The notes beneath the pieces are model-generated. The model had not been told where the DNA came from. It saw only the letters and a program-made list of their open reading frames with translations, and searched no databases. The position numbers and the translations under genes were made by a program. From IMG/VR virus record IMGVR_UViG_3300025120_000020: 64,000 nucleotides of DNA, one strand, 5' to 3'. Below, piece by piece: positions 30,067 to 40,347 of the stretch; the first letter of the stretch is position 1, and every line of letters starts with the position of its first letter. The DNA comes from a virus.

Positions 30067-30106
30067 ACCTTATCATAATAGATTACACTAAAAAAATCAA
30101 AAAAAA

Positions 30107-30132
30107 AAGAGCCGCCCCGTAGGGCGACTCTT
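30107..30132 (-). terminator. Intrinsic terminator after major capsid gene
   Basis: AAGAGCCGCCC-CGTA-GGGCGACTCTT stem with long T-tract on the minus strand. Confidence 0.8.
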
Positions 30133-30150
30133 AAATTTAGGAAACCTCGA

Positions 30151-31254
30151 TTAGAGAACGATTCCGACAAGAGCGCGGTCGTCGATACAAACGCGACCCT
30201 CTTCGACTTTACCGTAGTAACCAATCTTGTTCTGACGAACGGAGAACTGGTCATCAACGAGAACGTTGAGTTCACCAGTAGAGCCTTCATCAAGAACGAC
30301 AGGACGGAGTAGAGCGTCACGAGAACGATCAACACCGATAAGGATCTGTTCGGAAGCTTCAGTGAAGCTCACGCCACCCTTAACAGCATCAAAGATCTTG
30401 TTGAAACGCTGTCCTTTACCCATTTCAAGAACTTCGACGATATTGATACCGTAGAAGCTTGGGAGTCCAGCACCACTGTAAAGCTGAGAGCGAAGCTCTG
30501 CTGGAGCAGCGATGCTAGTCTTAAGAGCTGAAGTCATAGGAGCAGCAGCAGTGTTAATAGGATTGTATGCCATAGCACGAATATCTTCAACAACTTCAGG
30601 AGAAACGAGGAGATCCGTAACACCAGCCTTAGAACCACCAACAGGCGTTCCACCGACAAACGAGCTATTCACACGCTTAGAGAGTGTGATAAGCTTGTTC
30701 AAGTCATCAAGAACAAGGCTAGTTCCAGCAGCAGCAGTGATATGATCACCAGCAGCAGCAGTTAAGCTATCTCCAGCAACAAGAGCGGAAGCGAGCACGT
30801 TAAATGCAGTGCGCTCCTGCTTAAGCATAATTTCCTGAGCCATACGAGTGAAGGTCTTGGAAACAACGTCAACGCGAGCCTTCTTAGCATACTTACGGTC
30901 GAAAGCGAGTGCGCTGTCAAGAGTGTAAGTGCTAAACTTCAGCTCGTTGTGAGCTGGAAAGACTTGGTTGTAAGGGAGTCCACCAGCAACTTGCTGGGAG
31001 TAAACCTGCACATAATCTTCATCAGTAATGTCGTGGAAGAGATCAAGAGGAAGGGAAGGATTGTCATCAGACTGATAGGTCAGAGTGGTGAAAAGATTTC
31101 CAACGGTCACGGCATTGTTGATAACTTCACTGACCACAGGTCCGAGAAGTTCTGCAACAGCTGCCTGAGCCTCGTAAGCCTCTTCACGATTATTCGAACC
31201 CATTGCGCGAACAAGGGCTAACTGATCTTCAGTTTTTTTAATAGTAATTTTCAT
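30151..31254 (-). CDS. Major capsid protein (HK97 fold)
   Basis: 367 aa downstream of protease/scaffold; DLLVSPEVVEDIRA, FYGINIVEV, KIGYYGKVEEGRVCIDDRALVGIVL; followed by a terminator. Confidence 0.85.
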   Translation of the reverse strand: MKITIKKTEDQLALVRAMGSNNREEAYEAQAAVAELLGPVVSEVINNAVTVGNLFTTLTYQSDDNPSLPLDLFHDITDEDYVQVYSQQVAGGLPYNQVFPAHNELKFSTYTLDSALAFDRKYAKKARVDVVSKTFTRMAQEIMLKQERTAFNVLASALVAGDSLTAAAGDHITAAAGTSLVLDDLNKLITLSKRVNSSFVGGTPVGGSKAGVTDLLVSPEVVEDIRAMAYNPINTAAAPMTSALKTSIAAPAELRSQLYSGAGLPSFYGINIVEVLEMGKGQRFNKIFDAVKGGVSFTEASEQILIGVDRSRDALLRPVVLDEGSTGELNVLVDDQFSVRQNKIGYYGKVEEGRVCIDDRALVGIVL

Positions 31255-31269
31255 AATCTGTGAGTAAAA

Positions 31270-31848
31270 TTAGAAGTTAATGTTAACAATTGCGTATCCT
31301 CCTGCGTGGGTATCACCAGCAGGACGAGATCCAGTAGCAAGGACTTTACCGACAACAGTGTCAGCGGCAACAGCAGTAGCAAGCGTTCCACCAGCACGAA
31401 GTCCAAGCTCGACATTAGGAGCAGGGATAAGTGAGCCAGAGAAAGCTCCTTCCATAAAGGTAAATACACCCTTAGTAGCTACAGGGACAGATTCTCCAGA
31501 GAGAACGCACTGAAGCTCTTCTTTCTTCTGGGGGTAAAAGCGCAGCTTCTCTCCATTCTCATCGGTGTCGCGAACGTCACGGACGATAATTCCAAGAGCA
31601 GCATCACCAGAACCAGCCGTTGCCACCCTCAGAGGGTTAACAGCAAGAGGAGAATAAGCATTTCCTTGAGTAGTAAGGAAAGCAGATCCACCGTCTACGA
31701 GATCTATAAGATCATCGTTGAGATTGGCGGCAGAAACCTTTACAATGGTTCCAGCCCCGACATCAGTGCCTTCGTAAGCAAACATGTTGATAACATCGTT
31801 ATCATCATATTGACGGTAGGGCAATATTTTAGTAATTTCACTAGCCAT
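31270..31848 (-). CDS. Capsid decoration or cement protein
   Basis: Between scaffold and capsid; Ala/Gly-rich; VLSGESVPVATKG. Confidence 0.6.
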   Translation of the reverse strand: MASEITKILPYRQYDDNDVINMFAYEGTDVGAGTIVKVSAANLNDDLIDLVDGGSAFLTTQGNAYSPLAVNPLRVATAGSGDAALGIIVRDVRDTDENGEKLRFYPQKKEELQCVLSGESVPVATKGVFTFMEGAFSGSLIPAPNVELGLRAGGTLATAVAADTVVGKVLATGSRPAGDTHAGGYAIVNINF

Positions 31849-31888
31849 AATATAATTTAGTTAGATTTTTTTTTAGTTAGATTTTTTT

Positions 31889-33412
31889 TTATTTTGTAAC
31901 TTCTACAGAGAAGTTTTCTTTCAGCTTTGCAACCAAAGAAATTTGTTCGGAGGCTTCTGCGTTGTTGTTAGGAATGGGAGCGGCCTCGACCTCTTCAACT
32001 TCCAACTCATCTTCGCTAGCCTCAACTTCTTCTTGCTGCTCAGGAGTCTCTTCTGCCATCTTAGAAGCAATAGCCTCTTCGATTTTGGTTTTGACTGCCT
32101 CTTCTTGAGCTGCAATGGCCTCTTTGGTCTTGCTTGCAAAAAGAATAGAAAGTTTTTCTTTGAAGGTATCGAAAGCCTCATCAGAAGCTTCAACAACCTT
32201 CAACTCATCTACGACCAACTTAAGCTCTGCTTCAGTAAGTTCGTATGTGGAGTCGATAAAGTTCATACGAGAGTTAAATAACTCAACAGCAGCTTGAGCT
32301 TCAACCTCAGATTTGAGAGCGGAGAGTTCTGTCTGAACAGCATCAAAAGAAGCTTTCATTTCAGTCAGATCTGCTTCTGCTTTCTCACGAGCTTCGGCTT
32401 CAAGTTGAACTTTAGATTTCCAGTTTTCGGAATGCTCAGTAAGAGCATCACGCATAATCTCACCAACAGAGCTGGCTTGATCGTCCTTCTTGACTACAGA
32501 AGCTACGCTTTCGGCAACTTGTGTCATTAATGTTTCGAATTGTTCCTTATCCATATCAAAAATATCGAATTTGTTGTTTGTTACAGTGTTTTTTCCATTT
32601 AGGGAATTTTTAATAATATTATTATCTTCTTTTGCTAAAGAATTATCAACAGGCTTTTTGTTTTTCTGTGGGTCTGATGTATAAACCCCTTTAACTCTAG
32701 CAGCAGGTTTATATGTTAGTGCAGCTCCTAAAGGATAAGTTTCACCATGTATCAATCGGTGAACTGGTGTGCCATTTTCATCTACGCCTTTTCCACCAAA
32801 ACCCTTTACATACTGCTTAAGCTCCTCTTTCTTTGAACCTTCGGCAACTTCACATTCGTCCAATCTATTAGATCCATAGACGACCTTATAGTTCTTAAAT
32901 GCAAGCTCCCAGCTAGTAGCAATACTCTGATATTCTTCATTCTCTTCTTTAGCGGCTGTTTCGATAGCTTCCGCTAACTCTGGAAAAATATTCTTATAAA
33001 TTAAACCAGCAGCGTTGATATAAAATGGCTCTTCTTTGTTAGCATATGATTCAATAGCATTATCTTTAAAATCATATTCCTCCATAGAGAAAGAAGCATT
33101 GATCATGTGGCCTACGATCTTATGCTTCTTGTGTTCAATGTTAATGGGCTTATTTATAAATCTTTTTACGGCTGCTACTGCTGTTTCAGAATCTATGCCA
33201 TCACCGTTTTTATTAAATTCGTTGACGAGGGCTAAATTAAATACAACAGGCAATACATCTACATTTGCAGATGGGTCAAAGTCGTCTGGCAATAAAGATT
33301 TAGCAGCTTCTGCGATAGATCCCTCTGATACTCCAAACTTTTCGTAGTCAGCTTCTTTGAGAGCCTTAATGCTACAATCAAAGCTACTTACCTCAAAATC
33401 TTTTAAATCCAT
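31889..33412 (-). CDS. Prohead protease / scaffold fusion
   Basis: NKNGDGI, KPINIEHKKHKIVGHM, SWEL, LGAALTYKPAA; acidic coiled-coil C-terminal half. Confidence 0.8.
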   Translation of the reverse strand: MDLKDFEVSSFDCSIKALKEADYEKFGVSEGSIAEAAKSLLPDDFDPSANVDVLPVVFNLALVNEFNKNGDGIDSETAVAAVKRFINKPINIEHKKHKIVGHMINASFSMEEYDFKDNAIESYANKEEPFYINAAGLIYKNIFPELAEAIETAAKEENEEYQSIATSWELAFKNYKVVYGSNRLDECEVAEGSKKEELKQYVKGFGGKGVDENGTPVHRLIHGETYPLGAALTYKPAARVKGVYTSDPQKNKKPVDNSLAKEDNNIIKNSLNGKNTVTNNKFDIFDMDKEQFETLMTQVAESVASVVKKDDQASSVGEIMRDALTEHSENWKSKVQLEAEAREKAEADLTEMKASFDAVQTELSALKSEVEAQAAVELFNSRMNFIDSTYELTEAELKLVVDELKVVEASDEAFDTFKEKLSILFASKTKEAIAAQEEAVKTKIEEAIASKMAEETPEQQEEVEASEDELEVEEVEAAPIPNNNAEASEQISLVAKLKENFSVEVTK

Positions 33413-33426
33413 AAAATGTTATACAC

Positions 33427-35388
33427 CTAAATTTTAGTTGAGTGATGCAAAATCGCAGCAGACATGTCATCGAGCTGATGTTTAGCGCCTACATCCAACA
33501 CATCTGGATCAACATTTAATTCAGAAAGATTATCTAAATTTTCCACAACACTTGATAAAGTCTCATCCCATTCATCTACTGACTTAGAAACAATAATTGA
33601 CTCACAAGCGCGAGAAACTAAATCTTTTTTATCATCATCAAGTTCATCCAAGCCAAACTTAAGAGCAAAGTCACGATAAGCTCTAAGTTCAAATTCGCTA
33701 ACCATTTGGGTAGCTTCAACAATATGTTTCTTTGAAAAGCTTGAGTTAGAGACTCCAATAGGACGACCACCAGAAGGCGCAATAGGGGCCACTTCTGGTT
33801 TAGCGTCTGGAACAGAATCTTCTTCGTTTTGGTAAAGGTTAATGCTGTTTACAAGTGGCATGTAATAACCTTCTTCCCTCTGCTCTTTGAACTTATCTTG
33901 TGCATCTCCCATATCTTCAGATTTTGGAAAGATTCCAGTGTTGATAACTTCCATGCCTTGCTGAGGAGTAAGAACTCCAAGCTCCATCATGCGAGTAGCA
34001 AGCTTAGTCATGTCCGAATTATTAAGAGTATCAGTCTTAACAAAATTAACCTCTGGCCAAGAACGCATTCCCGCATCTTTACAAATACGGCGTATCTCTG
34101 GTTGTAAGAAATCACGGATAAATTGGCTACGAGACTCTTCAAGGCGCTGAATGAATATCTTCATCTTTAGCTGCCCATCTGCATATTTGTTGTCTCCAAG
34201 GAGAACATTCTGAAGCCCCTCTTGAATGTCGCGGTTTAAAATCTCATACTTTTCAGGGCCAATTACTTTACGAAGATCGGGAATAACAAAATCAGCTTTT
34301 GTGGTATAATCAGATACAAGAACACGCCCAACACTTTGATTCTTGAAGATGTTTTGCATTGCAGCTAATGCTTTGTGATTAACTCCACCCTTGTCTGGCT
34401 CTGCACCCATAGTAACCAACAAAACAACATTCTCAATAGAACGAGAAATGGCTTGGTCAATTTTCTTAAGCTCTAGTTTCTTATTGATGTCATCGAGGAC
34501 AGAGAAAGCGTATGGAACAGAAAGTGGCTCATAGTCTTGCTTTTTAGCAAATACAACATGTAGTAGTTCTGAAGCTAATTTAATATACAAACGCTCAGTG
34601 GTAGTAGCGGTGTTGTTTTGAATTCTTACCTGAACATCTTCTGGCAAAGAATTATACATCTCAATCTCATGCTCTGTTTTAGGCTCTTTAAGTCTAGATA
34701 TTTCATATGGAGTAAGGACTTTGAAATACTGAAAGTCATTAAAAGAAATAGAACCTTTTGTAGCGATATCAGTTGGGTTTATGATCAAATACTTGATTGG
34801 AATGGGAACGCTCTTAGTAGCACCATAGGTTTCCAAGATCTTTCCAGTATCAGCAGTTTTGATCTTACCATCAACACGATACATGAAAACATTGCCTGAA
34901 CGATAGTATTCGCGGAAGTATTGTGACTTGATGTCATGAATTTTAATTCTTTTAAACCAAGCTTTTACAAAGTTTCTAGCTTTAGCAGATCCCCCTTCTA
35001 AAAATAACTCAGAGTCAGCGAAATCAGATAGCATGTCAATAGTGCTTCTGAAGGCAGGGACATTAAAGTAAGCTTTTTGACATAACTGGATTGCATCACG
35101 GACATTTACGGAGTCACGAGAGTAATCAAAAGGGAGTAGCCCATCGTCAATATTCTTGAACCTATTTTTAGTATAGCTTTGAGTAATGCTGTTAGTTCTT
35201 GAACTTGAGCGATTTGTTGGGTCAGAAAGACGAGACGCAGTAGTTTCATATAAAGATTCTCCGACCAGCTCTGGAGAAAACTCCTCTGCTAAAGACTGAT
35301 TGGTTATATCCTCTAAATTATGATTGAGAGTGTTGCTTTTGAACTTATTCCAATATTCAGACCGTTTTGTATACTTACGCTTTGCCAT
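33427..35388 (-). CDS. Portal protein
   Basis: 653 aa between terminase and protease; AYFNVPAFRSTIDMLSDF, YFREYYRSGNVFMYR. Confidence 0.8.
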   Translation of the reverse strand: MAKRKYTKRSEYWNKFKSNTLNHNLEDITNQSLAEEFSPELVGESLYETTASRLSDPTNRSSSRTNSITQSYTKNRFKNIDDGLLPFDYSRDSVNVRDAIQLCQKAYFNVPAFRSTIDMLSDFADSELFLEGGSAKARNFVKAWFKRIKIHDIKSQYFREYYRSGNVFMYRVDGKIKTADTGKILETYGATKSVPIPIKYLIINPTDIATKGSISFNDFQYFKVLTPYEISRLKEPKTEHEIEMYNSLPEDVQVRIQNNTATTTERLYIKLASELLHVVFAKKQDYEPLSVPYAFSVLDDINKKLELKKIDQAISRSIENVVLLVTMGAEPDKGGVNHKALAAMQNIFKNQSVGRVLVSDYTTKADFVIPDLRKVIGPEKYEILNRDIQEGLQNVLLGDNKYADGQLKMKIFIQRLEESRSQFIRDFLQPEIRRICKDAGMRSWPEVNFVKTDTLNNSDMTKLATRMMELGVLTPQQGMEVINTGIFPKSEDMGDAQDKFKEQREEGYYMPLVNSINLYQNEEDSVPDAKPEVAPIAPSGGRPIGVSNSSFSKKHIVEATQMVSEFELRAYRDFALKFGLDELDDDKKDLVSRACESIIVSKSVDEWDETLSSVVENLDNLSELNVDPDVLDVGAKHQLDDMSAAILHHSTKI

Positions 35389-35434
35389 GCTAACAATTGT
35401 TACACTAAAGTTATAAAAGTTACTTTACAACTTT

Positions 35435-37327
35435 TCAAATAGTAAACGGTATAAATGTAGACTCAGGTTTTTTCTCAGGAGTTACATTAAGAGAATCAAA
35501 ATAAACTTTGGCGAACCAATTCCCTAGAATCAAAGCAGAATAAGAGTCTTTTCGTGCTCTATTCGGCCCCTTCTGTCTTCGGATGTTTTGGGGCAAGTTA
35601 AACGACTGTGAACCTTGGGGGTTGGTAGTAACCTCAATGTTAGCACATTCTGACTTTGTAAGTTCAATGTTAGTTTTCTGTTGGTCAATAAGATCAATCA
35701 TTTTTGCTCCTTTAGAAGTGGCTGTAATTTTATTATCCCACTTTATCTCATCAATTGGTAAATTACCTTTTCTTTGTCGGTCGAAGTGGTCGTCCACCGC
35801 TCTGGAGCCAAACAGTATTCTTTTATGGTCTATCGCTGCTTGCAACATTTCATTACCACTTCTAATCCAATTGACTGTAGGTTTTCTTAAGACACAATAT
35901 TTTCTCTCCTTTTGGTTATATTGGCTCTTAAATTGTGTGATGTCACTATGCCATTGATCAGGTTTTTCTAAATCGACTTCAATCACTCCAATATTCACAC
36001 TAGCCTTTTTAAACAACTCACTCTCATTACAAGAGTTGATGAACTGAACTCCTCCATTGTAGTCACCGCATATACCCACGATATTAAAGTATTGAATAAG
36101 ATACAGAAAATACCTCATATGCTCTTTTAAGGATACTCCAGCCACTGCGTAGCTATGAACAAGGCAAATCTTCTGTTCGTCCCCCAGAACCTTAAATACA
36201 TGCATTGCGAAGTGGTCAGCGCTTGTGTTACCAGCCCAGTTGGGGTCAAAAGCAAGAATATATTCGTCACTTGGGTTTCCAATTACTTCAACAGCAGGAA
36301 ACTCTCCATCAGCAATAGTGCAAGCTGCCATTTTAGATAATCTGAAATAACCATCACTCTCATCTACAAATTGTGCGCCGAACTCTCGTTTAAACTGCAT
36401 CTCAGACATAGTGGCCTTCGCCTGTTTAAGCAGGTTCTGATCGTAAAGTCTTGTCGGAGCACAGTCGTAACTTAATTGCATAATTAATCTATATGCATCA
36501 TCAGCCGCTTGTTCTTCATCATCATTATCTCTGTCGAACTCTCCGAAGATAAGACCCTCATACTTTTTGTAGAGTTTATACATATATTCGAATTTGAATG
36601 ACGGAGATGAAAGTATTATCAACTTGTTATTTGGCCATACATACCTATCATTCTCTTTCAGCTCGCCCTTGTCGATAAGGCGGGATTCTAGTTTATGTAG
36701 TTCCTCCCTTTCAATAGGATTCTCTACAACTCCAAGGAATGGTATGATAACTTCATTGAATATCTTTTCTGGTATTGTTAAGAACTCATCTAACACTATC
36801 CTATTAAATCGAAATCCACGAAGTCGTTCTCCGTTAGCTAATGGCAAAGCTATTGCGCGACTATTATTAATTTTCAAAGTCCACTGGTCAGTTCCTTTTG
36901 TTATTTTAACTCCACATTCTTTTGCGAGCTTTGCCTCTGGCTTACAAAGGATATCTTCCATCTTCTGGAAGATTTGTTTTGACTGCCTAAAGCTACCTGC
37001 AATAACACCTATATTTGCATTAGGGTTTAACAAACATTCAAGTAACACATAAATGGCTGTAGAGAAAGTCTTAGACATACCACGGGAGAATACGAACATT
37101 GAATAGTCCGATACCATCATCCCTTTGATGGCCATAGCCTGAAATGGGAATAACTTTACCCCCAAAAATAATTCGGAGGTAAATGCAATATTAGCTCTTA
37201 AAAACTTATATAATAAATACTTAGCTTCCTCGTCAGGCAAGTCGCCATCAAGTGTTTTTAAATATGTATTAAGCTCGTTCGCGGAATAATCATTTCGATA
37301 CCGCTGTTTTCCTTTCTGCCATGCCAT
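35435..37327 (-). CDS. terL: Terminase large subunit
   Basis: LFPFQ adenine motif, Walker A SRGMSKT, LRGFRFNRIVLDE Walker B, LSSPS, FKREFGAQF, AFDP, RKDSYSAL. Confidence 0.92.
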   Translation of the reverse strand: MAWQKGKQRYRNDYSANELNTYLKTLDGDLPDEEAKYLLYKFLRANIAFTSELFLGVKLFPFQAMAIKGMMVSDYSMFVFSRGMSKTFSTAIYVLLECLLNPNANIGVIAGSFRQSKQIFQKMEDILCKPEAKLAKECGVKITKGTDQWTLKINNSRAIALPLANGERLRGFRFNRIVLDEFLTIPEKIFNEVIIPFLGVVENPIEREELHKLESRLIDKGELKENDRYVWPNNKLIILSSPSFKFEYMYKLYKKYEGLIFGEFDRDNDDEEQAADDAYRLIMQLSYDCAPTRLYDQNLLKQAKATMSEMQFKREFGAQFVDESDGYFRLSKMAACTIADGEFPAVEVIGNPSDEYILAFDPNWAGNTSADHFAMHVFKVLGDEQKICLVHSYAVAGVSLKEHMRYFLYLIQYFNIVGICGDYNGGVQFINSCNESELFKKASVNIGVIEVDLEKPDQWHSDITQFKSQYNQKERKYCVLRKPTVNWIRSGNEMLQAAIDHKRILFGSRAVDDHFDRQRKGNLPIDEIKWDNKITATSKGAKMIDLIDQQKTNIELTKSECANIEVTTNPQGSQSFNLPQNIRRQKGPNRARKDSYSALILGNWFAKVYFDSLNVTPEKKPESTFIPFTI

Positions 37328-38243
37328 GAACTTTTTTCTCTAAATGATATTGAACGTCAACGTGCCATAGACGTTGCCCGTGATGTAGTATCTTGGGGAT
37401 AATCTTCTTCGCCCCCGCTCTTGAGTAAGCAAAAACAAACTGTATGTTTTCTGGGTAGTCTATCATCAGACTACGAACATTGTGCCACAAGTAACCTAAA
37501 TTCGATTTGAACTTTGATACTTTGTTTTCTTCCTCGATTTTTTTAATAGACGACTCGACAACAATGAACATGTAAGAATTAAACTGGACACAACGATCCA
37601 TTTCGCGCCTGAATCTTTTAATATCTTTTCCGAAAGTTTGTCTAAAATCATCTTGAGCTTTTCTATCTACAAAGGTTTTTGAGTAGTATTCTCCAGCAGC
37701 AGTATAATCACCGAAGTCTAACTTGTTCTTTACACTATTATCGAAGTTAAGGGGCTTTTGTTCTCTAGTATCCACGAATATCTGCATGTCTTTACTTTCT
37801 TGCTCCCAGAAGTTTTTAGGTAAATTCTTAGTAAACCAAGATTTTATTCCCAAGTCCTCAGAGAACTCAGAGTAAGACCTCCACATTTTGCGGTAGTAAT
37901 CTATATTAGGCATTTGAGCCAGCATGTAATATAAGTCTGGTGGAGTAAACTTTACATCCTTATTTTTAAATCTTTCGCGAGTGTAATTGATTAAGTGATT
38001 TTTTGCTTTGATAGGAGAGGTTGTCTTTAACCAAGATAAATAATTATCTACATTGTTAAAGTCTTCTGAAAAATATTGGTCGTAGTTTTTGAATTGTAGT
38101 AATTCGTTTGTGTAAAGATCTCGTTTGCCATAGTATTCCACATAATATTCCCCAATGGAAGTGCTATGAGCTTTAAGGTGGGCGTGAAAGCTTCTACGAT
38201 TATCGAAGGACTTACCACATACTCTGCAAACAAATTCACTCAT
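37290..38243 (-). CDS. C2H2 zinc finger + ERCC4 (XPF/Mus81) nuclease
   Basis: CRVC...HAHLKAH; IFVDTREQKP...GDY...VDRKAQDDF...FIVVES. Confidence 0.75.
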   Translation of the reverse strand: MSEFVCRVCGKSFDNRRSFHAHLKAHSTSIGEYYVEYYGKRDLYTNELLQFKNYDQYFSEDFNNVDNYLSWLKTTSPIKAKNHLINYTRERFKNKDVKFTPPDLYYMLAQMPNIDYYRKMWRSYSEFSEDLGIKSWFTKNLPKNFWEQESKDMQIFVDTREQKPLNFDNSVKNKLDFGDYTAAGEYYSKTFVDRKAQDDFRQTFGKDIKRFRREMDRCVQFNSYMFIVVESSIKKIEEENKVSKFKSNLGYLWHNVRSLMIDYPENIQFVFAYSRAGAKKIIPKILHHGQRLWHVDVQYHLEKKVHGMAERKTAVSK

Positions 38244-39298
38244 AACAACTCTTTTTTAGATATACCAAGCACTCGTGCTTTATAGTCATCCATATTCTCT
38301 AGTCTATCAGCCTCTTCTTCAATTAATTTGTTTTGAAGTTCAGCCATCATGATCATACGGTCTCTTTCTTCACGATCTTGAAATGCTTCTACCAGAGCAA
38401 AGATAGATCCATTTTCTTCACCTTTAGCTTTCAGTCTTGCGGTTCTAGATCCATTCAAGTCTTTCGTTAGGGATTCGATGCGCTTCTCGCACTGGTTAAG
38501 CTCTTCGCTGGTGGCCTTGATAATCTCCGTCAGACGCATTGTGATGTCCCTTTCGTTGTCTTGGTCGTCTAGTAGTGCATTAAGCTTGTCAATACGCATC
38601 TGGATGTGTTTCTGGCGCACGTAGTTAGCACATACGGTCACATATAGATTCAATTCGTCGTTAGTGAGGTCAGGCTTGTCCCAAATAGCACGGACGAACT
38701 CACTTTCGAATAAATTTCTGTCAGCTAGAGTTGAATACTGATTAATAAAATGATTGAAGCGAGGGCTTTTAAAATAAAGAATTAATTGCTCTACTAGTTT
38801 CTTTTGTTTTGTTTGGAGGGTTAGTTCTTCTAGGGTAGCTCCACAGAAGTTGTTTATCTTAACAATTGCTCTGTTTATAGACTTGGGAGGAGTCCACTTC
38901 TCTTTTGTAACAATTTCGTTATCGTCTACAATCTCTGGCCGATAAGTTTTTAAGAAATCGACAATAACCCTGTGCTTCATGCTCAAGGGTTGAACGTCAC
39001 GGTCTTTGAAGGTGAGTCGGGCAATTTCTAGTGCATTCATCCCAACTTCAATATTGTCAGTCATCAAGAACTCTTTTTGTTCCCTATTTAGATGAACCTG
39101 CTCTACTTTCGGGGCAAGTGATGTATTTGCTTTTTTGTCTTGTCCAGCTAAGAACTTCCTCACTGCACGGCCCTGTTTCGATCTCCCATCAATATCCTCG
39201 TCATTGAATACTTTGCGGGTAATAAACATCAAATCGGGGTTTGTTTTAAACAATTTAAGAATTTCCTCTTTCTGCTCTTCTGTTAAATCATATATCAT
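38240..39298 (-). CDS. Hypothetical protein, possible terminase small subunit
   Basis: Two genes upstream of terL; long C-terminal coiled coil. Confidence 0.4.
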   Translation of the reverse strand: MIYDLTEEQKEEILKLFKTNPDLMFITRKVFNDEDIDGRSKQGRAVRKFLAGQDKKANTSLAPKVEQVHLNREQKEFLMTDNIEVGMNALEIARLTFKDRDVQPLSMKHRVIVDFLKTYRPEIVDDNEIVTKEKWTPPKSINRAIVKINNFCGATLEELTLQTKQKKLVEQLILYFKSPRFNHFINQYSTLADRNLFESEFVRAIWDKPDLTNDELNLYVTVCANYVRQKHIQMRIDKLNALLDDQDNERDITMRLTEIIKATSEELNQCEKRIESLTKDLNGSRTARLKAKGEENGSIFALVEAFQDREERDRMIMMAELQNKLIEEEADRLENMDDYKARVLGISKKELL

Positions 39299-39975
39299 TA
39301 TATATCCTCCTCTTTTACTAACTTAGCTGCTATATTGTAAAACTTCTTCTTCAGGTTGTTTATTTGTTTGTATCTAGGTGTCTTTCTTCTACTTGTATCT
39401 CGCTTGAACCCAAACTTCTTAGCAACCTCTGCTTCATCTACGTGATCTATAAACAAAAGCTTATATATCTCTTTATGCTTGTCGTTTAACTCAGCCATAA
39501 CCAAAAGATGTATCTTGGACGTTTTCTTATCATAGTCCAATTCATCTTCATTTATTCTATCTTTAACCGATATTAAAGCATCTAAAGAGACTGGCATCTT
39601 TAAATGAAACGCGCTTTGTTTTTTATTCTTCCATTTAGCGAAGTCCCCACACTCTTCGTCCTGCTCCTTGCTTTTAGTAAAGCTACACTCATCTCCACCT
39701 AAATAAAAAGAACACCGCAAACACGGTTTAGCGAAGTTCCCATAATGATTCCTTATCAGATTCTTTATCTGATTACTAATCAACATAGAAGCCCAAGGCT
39801 TAAATGCTCTCTTCTGATCCCACAAATGCCACTTTTTATAGATATGAGTGCGGATTATTTGAGATACATCATCATAATCCAACCAAGCTATGGAATTAAG
39901 TTGCCACTTGGTTCTATACCTACTTAAAAGTTCTTCTATCTCTGGAATAAGGTCTTCATACCTTTTATCCATCAA
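39298..39975 (-). CDS. Second sigma-factor-like protein (ECF-like, Cys-rich insert)
   Basis: YDDVSQIIRTHIYKKWHLWDQKRAFKPWASMLISNQIKNLIR (region 2), CLRC/C/C insert, LNDKHKEIYKLLFIDHVDEAEVAKKFG (region 4). Confidence 0.6.
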   Translation of the reverse strand: MMDKRYEDLIPEIEELLSRYRTKWQLNSIAWLDYDDVSQIIRTHIYKKWHLWDQKRAFKPWASMLISNQIKNLIRNHYGNFAKPCLRCSFYLGGDECSFTKSKEQDEECGDFAKWKNKKQSAFHLKMPVSLDALISVKDRINEDELDYDKKTSKIHLLVMAELNDKHKEIYKLLFIDHVDEAEVAKKFGFKRDTSRRKTPRYKQINNLKKKFYNIAAKLVKEEDI

Positions 39976-40339
39976 TGTCTTGAATTCTAGATGAAGCGCA
40001 ATCAGCTTGGCTCTGTTTAATCATAGCGTCACCCTCGGGCAAATTTGCTGCTGGCCTAGAAGTCCTACTCCTATTGGCATCTTCAGGAGTGGCAGATTTC
40101 CAGAGATCAGTTAATGTAGTGTTCTGCGAGCTAGCTTCTGCTACAATGTCTCTCTTCATTTTTTTCAAATCAAAGGAACGAGGACTCTCTTCCTCATAAT
40201 CAATTTCAGCAACAGCTTCTCGTCGAGCTGGCGCGGGTGCTGCCGCTCCAATCGACGAACCACACGCCGAACAAAACTTGGGTTTGGTCACCTCATACAC
40301 GTTTTTTTGACCGCAGGATGAACAGAAAACTTTATTCAT
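39965..40339 (-). CDS. Zinc-ribbon protein
   Basis: FCSSCG...KPKFCSACG. Confidence 0.65.
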   Translation of the reverse strand: MNKVFCSSCGQKNVYEVTKPKFCSACGSSIGAAAPAPARREAVAEIDYEEESPRSFDLKKMKRDIVAEASSQNTTLTDLWKSATPEDANRSRTSRPAANLPEGDAMIKQSQADCASSRIQDIDG

Positions 40340-40347
40340 ATGAAATT

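Noticed and set aside
19133-37052. Many 60-150 aa plus-strand ORFs opposite tape measure, capsid, scaffold, portal and terminase
   Set aside because: Antisense shadows of real genes, with no start signals or recognisable motifs
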